Part shown: positions 59,401-64,000 of the stretch, piece after piece
Layout: each line of letters starts with the position of its first letter
Numbering within the stretch: the stretch's first letter is position 1
Origin: Torpedo marmorata
Taxonomy: Eukaryota
Reading direction: 5' to 3'
Length of the DNA: 64,000 bases
Assembly (NCBI GenBank): GCA_977017645.1
Contig: OZ360242.1
Coordinates: 52,390,001 to 52,454,000 of the forward strand
The notes under the pieces: model-generated
The model's database searches: none
What the model was told of the DNA's origin: nothing
The model's input: the letters and a program-made list of their open reading frames with translations, nothing else
Translations under genes and position numbers: made by a program

Positions 59401-61076
59401 GCATGACCATCAATGAAAACCCGCGATATTCCGTGCCCTGCACTACTATATTCGCCACACAACCCCCCCGGATGTCTGTTGTGTGAGTTCCAGACGCCAT
59501 GGCCACCTTCTGGCTTACCGGTACAATTGTGAGGCCACAGCGCTGGGCAGTGTCTGGGTGAACAAAACTTTCAGTACTGCCTGTGTCGAACAGGCAGGTA
59601 GTCTTATGCCCCTCGACTAATATGTCCATCATCGATCTGGACAGCTGATGGGGCGCGCTTTGATCCAGCGTCACGGATGCCAGGGTCGGGACGTAGTCTT
59701 GATCCGACGAGCCGTCTTGATCCGACGCTGATGGCAGCTCCCGTAGCTCACACGTGTCGCTACAAGATGGCGGCGCCGGAAGTGCTGGAAGTGCCGCCGT
59801 GGTGAGGCTATAAAATGGCCGTGCCGGAAATGTCGAAACCGGAAATGCCGAAGGCCAAGATGGCCGCCTCCATTCCTCGCACGAGGTAACCGCCGGAAGT
59901 GACGACAGGTAAGATGGCCGCTCCCTTACTTCGCACGCGGCGCTGCTCGGACCCGTACGCGACTTGGAGCGGCAGGCCTTTGCGTAGTGGCCTTTCTTGC
60001 CGCAGCTAGAACAAGTCGCGTCTCGGGCCGGGCAGCGCTTACGTGGGTGTTTGTCGAGCCCGCAGAAGTAACACTTCTCGGGCTCCTGGGTAACAGCGGC
60101 AGCGGTTAACTCACGGGTGGCGGCGGGCTCCCGGGTAGCGGCGGCAGCGGCCAACTCACGGATAGCGTCGGCGGCGGCGATCGGGTCCCGGTAGACGGCA
60201 GCGGCCGTCGCGTTGCTTGCAGGGCTGGCGGTTGGGGCGATCCATGGGGCAGGCTGCGCCTGCATAGCGTCAGCGTTCCTGAGCGCCGACTCCAGCGTGA
60301 GGGCCATCTGGACGGTAGATCTCAGGGTCAGGTCGGCGTGTTCCAGCAATCGCTGGCGAATGTAAACCGACCTGAGCCCCATAATGATAGTGTCCCTTGC
60401 CAATATTTCGGCGTGTTGCTCAGCCGTCAGGGCTCGGCAATCGCACGCCCGCACCAGGAGCTGCACGTCCTGGATATATTCAGAGATCGACTCTCCGTGT
60501 CGCTGGTGCCGTTGCGATAACCGGTGCCTCGCGAAAACCTCGTTCACCGGCGTCAGGTACAGCCTTCGGAGGGCTTCCAAGGCATCCTCATAGGTATCAC
60601 AGTCTCTGATAGTGCCATACACTCGTTTGCTTACCCTGGACATGAGGATGTCGAGTTTATTCTCGTTGGTAACCGCTCTGGTCGACCTCAGGAAGGCTAC
60701 GAAGCAGCGTAGCCAGAGTTCAAAGTCACTTGCTGCGTCTTGGGCCAGGGGGTCGATGTCCAGCTTGTCCGGCCTCAGAAAATTCTCCATCGGATTTTAG
60801 ATCTGGTATTAAAATTGATGTACCTATCAATGACAGACGCGAGTCTGGAAGTGCAGGAAATCAATAGGCTTTTAATACCAGAAATCAGGCCAGGGCTAAG
60901 CTACACTTGACCTGGTGATCCCTGCTGGACTGTCCCGGAACTGTGGGTGGAGTCAATGGCTCAAGGCCTTTATTCCAGGGGAAAGGGGGGAGGAGTCACC
61001 GGGACAAACAGACAGGTCATGGTCAGACTTGCCCCAGCCCACAATACACATATACATACTATAGTGGTTTACCACA
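56430..61076 (-). mobile_element. Full-length Gypsy LTR retrotransposon
   Basis: 261-bp LTRs at 56430-56690 and 60816-61076 (one mismatch seen), TG..CA ends, 5-bp TSD actgg, and PPT aaaagaaggggtgaa at 56691-56705. Confidence 0.97.
56798..60790 (-). CDS. Gypsy Gag-Pol polyprotein, 1330 aa, single uninterrupted ORF
   Basis: Two CCHC-type knuckles, protease FDTGS, RT YLDD, RNase H DAS..E..TD, and integrase HHCC plus DDE, in PR-RT-RH-IN order. Confidence 0.95.
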   Translation of the reverse strand: MENFLRPDKLDIDPLAQDAASDFELWLRCFVAFLRSTRAVTNENKLDILMSRVSKRVYGTIRDCDTYEDALEALRRLYLTPVNEVFARHRLSQRHQRHGESISEYIQDVQLLVRACDCRALTAEQHAEILARDTIIMGLRSVYIRQRLLEHADLTLRSTVQMALTLESALRNADAMQAQPAPWIAPTASPASNATAAAVYRDPIAAADAIRELAAAAATREPAATRELTAAAVTQEPEKCYFCGLDKHPRKRCPARDATCSSCGKKGHYAKACRSKSRTGPSSAACEVRERPSYLSSLPAVTSCEEWRRPSWPSAFPVSTFPARPFYSLTTAALPALPAPPSCSDTCELRELPSASDQDGSSDQDYVPTLASVTLDQSAPHQLSRSMMDILVEGHKTTCLFDTGSTESFVHPDTAQRCGLTIVPVSQKVAMASGTHTTDIRGGCVANIVVQGTEYRGFSLMVMPRLCAPVLLGLDFQSHLRSVTMHYDGPHPPIVVTNPQYLNNTPQTTCGLSTLKTQPPSLFANLTPDCKPVATKSRRYSAGDRAFIKAEVHRLLGEGIIAHSNSPWRAQVVVVKNGAKSRMVVDYSQTINRFTQLDAYPLPRIADMVNQIAQYKIFSTIDLKSAYHQLPIRREDRAYTAFEADGRLFHFLRVPFGVTNGVSVFQREMDRIIDQFKLTATFPYLDDITICGHDRQDHDRNLRKFLQAAKTLNLTYNEEKCVFGTTRLAILGCVVENGVIGPDPDRMRPLLELPIPLTPKALKRCLGFFSYYAQWVPNYADKARPLVKSTKFPLAAEAREAFDLIKGDIARAAMHAVDESEPFQVESDASDFALAATLNQAGRPVAFFSRTLQGPEIRHSAVEKEAQAIVEAVRHWRHYLAGKHFTLLTDQRSVAFMFNSQQRGKIKNDKIMRWRIELSTYNYDIMYRPGKLNEPSDALSRGSCASAQIDRVYSLHNDLCHPGVTRLFHFIKARNLPFSLDEVRTMTSSCRVCAECKPQYYRPDRAQLVKATRPFERLSIDFKGPLPSTNCNVYFLNIIDEYSRFPFAIPCPDTSAASAIKALRQVFTLFGFPSYVHSDRGSAFMSEELRQYLQTRGIATSRTTGYNPRGNGQVERENATVWTATLLALKSKGWPVARWQEVLPDALHSIRSLLCTATNATPHERLFSFPRKSTTGTTLPAWLTSPGPVLLRKHLRSSKYEPLVERVQLIHANPQYAFVVFPDGREDTVSIRDLAPAGASEEVPDSGNAGSQLPPPPHSPPSTAGTTPQPELEEPQARQEANQTQTHPTLVPQPQPSPQVLRTLVPQPQPSPLVLRRSQRQIRPPDRLNL

Positions 61077-62396
61077 ACTGGGTAGGGGAGAGGGGCAGGG
61101 GGAGGAATTTGCTTGTGTATCTCCTTCCCCTGCCCCTCTCCCCCCACCATTTTGTTCCTAAGCCTGCCGACATTTTGCTCATACCTTTATGAAGGGCTCA
61201 AGCCCCAAACGTTGGTTATGTATCTTTATCTTTGCTCTATAAAGTACACTGTTTGACCTGCTGAGTTTCTCGAGCATTGTGTATTTACTTCAACCACGGT
61301 GTCTGCAGGCTTTCCTGTTTTATTTGCATGTAAAGAATTTTTGTTTGCAACACACTCTTATTTTAACCCTTGTTTTTGTGGCGTCCAGCTTTGGGCAACA
61401 CTTTTTCACCTCTGACCTGATCAATTTTCTTTTATCTGTTTTAGTCTGCCTTATTATTCCCCTCCCCGACTTAAGTTTCCACCAGTCTGGTCGGGTAAAT
61501 ATACAGTAAATCGTATCTACAGTTTAAAGAACAGCACGCAATGCAGCAAGTAACACAGTAATGTATCTGCACGGATCTTGCCCTGCAGCAAGTAACCCAG
61601 TATTATATCTGCACAGATCTTGTCTTTAATGCAATAGTGTGGTGGAGTGACCTTTGCGATATTTGGAAAGAAATGCCCATTGACAGTGACATTGAAATTA
61701 ACAGTGAAAGCAGACAGACGGAAATGAGAATGAACGCCTATAAAACAATTCTTTCAATGTATTATTAATCTTTCCTCAACACCCGAAACAAGGGGAAATT
61801 TATTCCTATTTCTGCGAAGGAGTCGGGATTCGAAGCTGCAAGTTATAGGGGATAAAGGGGTAATGAAAGCACTTGAGAACTTTCCCGAGCCAGCGCTAAA
61901 GGGTAGTGAGAACAAGTGCAGACAAAACCTAGACTTCTCCACCCAAACAAAAGTGGTTCCGTCTTGCACAATGTCATCAGCACATCGTGCCATCCTCTGT
62001 ACTTTCGGGAGTCCTTTCATTTTCCTCAATCTGACGTGTTAATCTGAGTGGAGTTGAATACCAAATCCAATGGATCGCAATGTTCCAGTTCTGCCCAGGT
62101 GGATTTCAATATTACAAACATATTGAAATGAGATCGCTCCTGGCCCAGTTTAACCATCCGCACACAATCAATGGTAATCTTTCTCGGTTTCGATTTCTTA
62201 CACTGACGTTTCTCCGCAGGTATCATTTTTCCAATCAAACAAAACCCCTGATAATTTATTCATATTGTTGTGCCGAAGCCTTGCACCACAGTTTGGTCGA
62301 CTTTTTTTCTTTGTTGAAGGACTCAAGCTGCCATTTCAGGGGCCAACAACAGTTTAAATAAATTAAGGAAAAGGTTTCATGAATTCAAAAGCAAAC

Positions 62397-64000
62397 AAAA
62401 CTAATACGTCATCTGCAAATAAACTGATTTTATGCTCTTCATTACCAACTTTAATACCTACAATCTTAATATCCTGTCTAATTAATTCTGCTAAAGGTTC
62501 TATTGCTAAAATAAACAATGCTGGCGACAAGGGACATCCTTGTCTGGTTGACCGAGTCAAAGAAAATTTTGAAGAAATTTGTGATCACTCTAGCAGAAGG
62601 TTCTTTATATATAGTTTTAATCCAATTAATAAATGTAGTTCCAAAACCAAATTTTTCCAGTACTTTAAATAAATAATTCCACTCTAATCTGTCAAAAGCC
62701 TTTTCGGCATCTAATGTTAATACTAATGCTAATTCCTCTCTTGTGCCACATTTGTTAAACTAATTAATCTGGCTATATTATCTTTTGAATATCTATTCTT
62801 AATAAAACCTGCTTGATCTACATGAATTAAATCTGGTAAATATTTTGCCACTCTATTTGCTAAAATTTTCACCATTATCTTATAATCCACATTTAGCAAC
62901 AAAATTGGTCAAAATGATTCTGTTTTCAACAAATCTCTATCTTTTTTAGGTATAACTGTTATTATTGCATTTGAAAAAGTTTCCGGTAGAGAATGAGTTT
63001 CCGTTATTTGTTTTAACACCTCCATATAAGGAGGTATCAATAAATCCTTAAATTCCTTATAAAATTCTGATGGGAAACCATCCTCCCCCAGAGATTTTCC
63101 ACTTGTTAAAGAACTAGGAACCTCATTAACTTCTCTCATCGTAAACGATGAATCTAAAAATTCTTTACTATGAATATTTAACCTAGGCATCTTAATTTTA
63201 GATAAAAATTCATTAATTTTAGAATCATCTTTATCAGTTTGAGATTTATATGACAAAACCTATTACTTCTTTAATACAATTGAATGGTTTACTGAGAGAA
63301 TATGGGGAAATTTCTGGTTATAAGATTAATTCTGATAAAAGTGAAATTATGGCATTGACACAAGGGGATTATAATAAATGTAAAGAAATTACACAATTTA
63401 AATGGTCAAATGGAGGAATTAAATATTTGGGAATAAAGATAGATACAAAATTAGCCAATTTATATAAATTAAATTATCTACCATTATTTATGAATATTAA
63501 AAAGGATTTAGAAAGTTGGAAGGATTTACCTATAACTTTAATAGGAAGGGTAAATTGTATTAAAATAAATGTTTTTCCAAGAATTCAATATCTTTTTCAA
63601 TCAATTCCTTATGAAATTCCTCAAAAATGTTTTAAAGATTTAAATTTAATTATTAGGACATTCTTGTGGAAAGGAAAGTTGGCGAGAGTAGGTATGGAGA
63701 AATTAACTTGGAATTATGAAATGGGTGGTTTACAACTTCCTAATTTTCAATATTATTATAAAGCAGCCCAATTAAAATTTATTAATTAAATGTTTGATTT
63801 AGGAAAATCCTCTGCTTGGATTAGAATAGAATTAAATAATATAGGAGAAGATTTGAAAGAAAAAGTTATTTATAAATGGAATTCTAAATTATTATTAACA
63901 AGAGGGAAAAACTCTCCTATTTTTAAACATTTGTTAGAAATATGGAATAGAGTGGATAGAGAGATAGGAAAGAAAGGGTTAATTTCTCGAAAAATGCCTC
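62397..64000. mobile_element. L1 LINE with a 5' inversion (minus ~62397-63250, plus ~63245 to the window end); same subfamily as 44781-49451
   Basis: The minus strand reads QGCPLSP and KISLFADDVLV; the plus strand reads YMTKPITSL...GIKYLG. Confidence 0.88.

Larger units (their letters stand above)
54419..61323. mobile_element. Penelope-derived head-to-head inverted terminal-repeat insertion (arms 54419-54571 plus 61081-61105, and 61120-61323) hosting hAT and Gypsy
   Basis: 14-bp TSD ttgcatgtaaagaa at 54405-54418 and 61324-61337. Hammerhead-like motifs lie near 54498-54533 (-) and 61180-61220 (+). Confidence 0.8.

Noticed and set aside
32500-64000. Protamine or SOCS1 coding sequence expected from mammalian synteny
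   Set aside because: I found no Arg-cluster ORF outside repeats and no SH2 or SOCS-box ORF in the window.

Overview
This is eukaryotic (vertebrate) genomic DNA, most likely from a cartilaginous fish (shark or ray). That assignment is inferred from HE1/V-SINE-type tRNA SINEs, abundant CR1, Rex1/Babar, Penelope-like and non-mammalian L1 retroelements. The only host gene I can support is RMI2 on the minus strand: exon 1 CDS 31998-32283, exon 2 CDS 14722-14870, 144 aa, a 17.1-kb TE-filled intron, and a CpG-rich exon 1 with a six-CCAAT promoter. Much of the rest is nested transposable elements. Five observations stand out. (1) A very young, intact Gypsy LTR retrotransposon (56430-61076) has no tRNA primer site; its PBS is a perfect 13-nt complement of its own LTR over the polyA signal, suggesting self-priming. 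(2) Three of four L1 copies carry 5' inversions with twin-priming-type junctions. (3) Penelope-like elements carry minimal, dimer-type hammerhead ribozyme motifs and reproducible inverted terminal-repeat structures. (4) A TRIM-like tandem array sits next to RMI2 exon 1. (5) A Tigger4/Zombi-like transposon resembles the mammalian family closely, which raises horizontal transfer. All calls were made by eye. TE family names rest on recalled motifs and need Dfam/Repbase confirmation, and the boundaries of degraded fragments are approximate.
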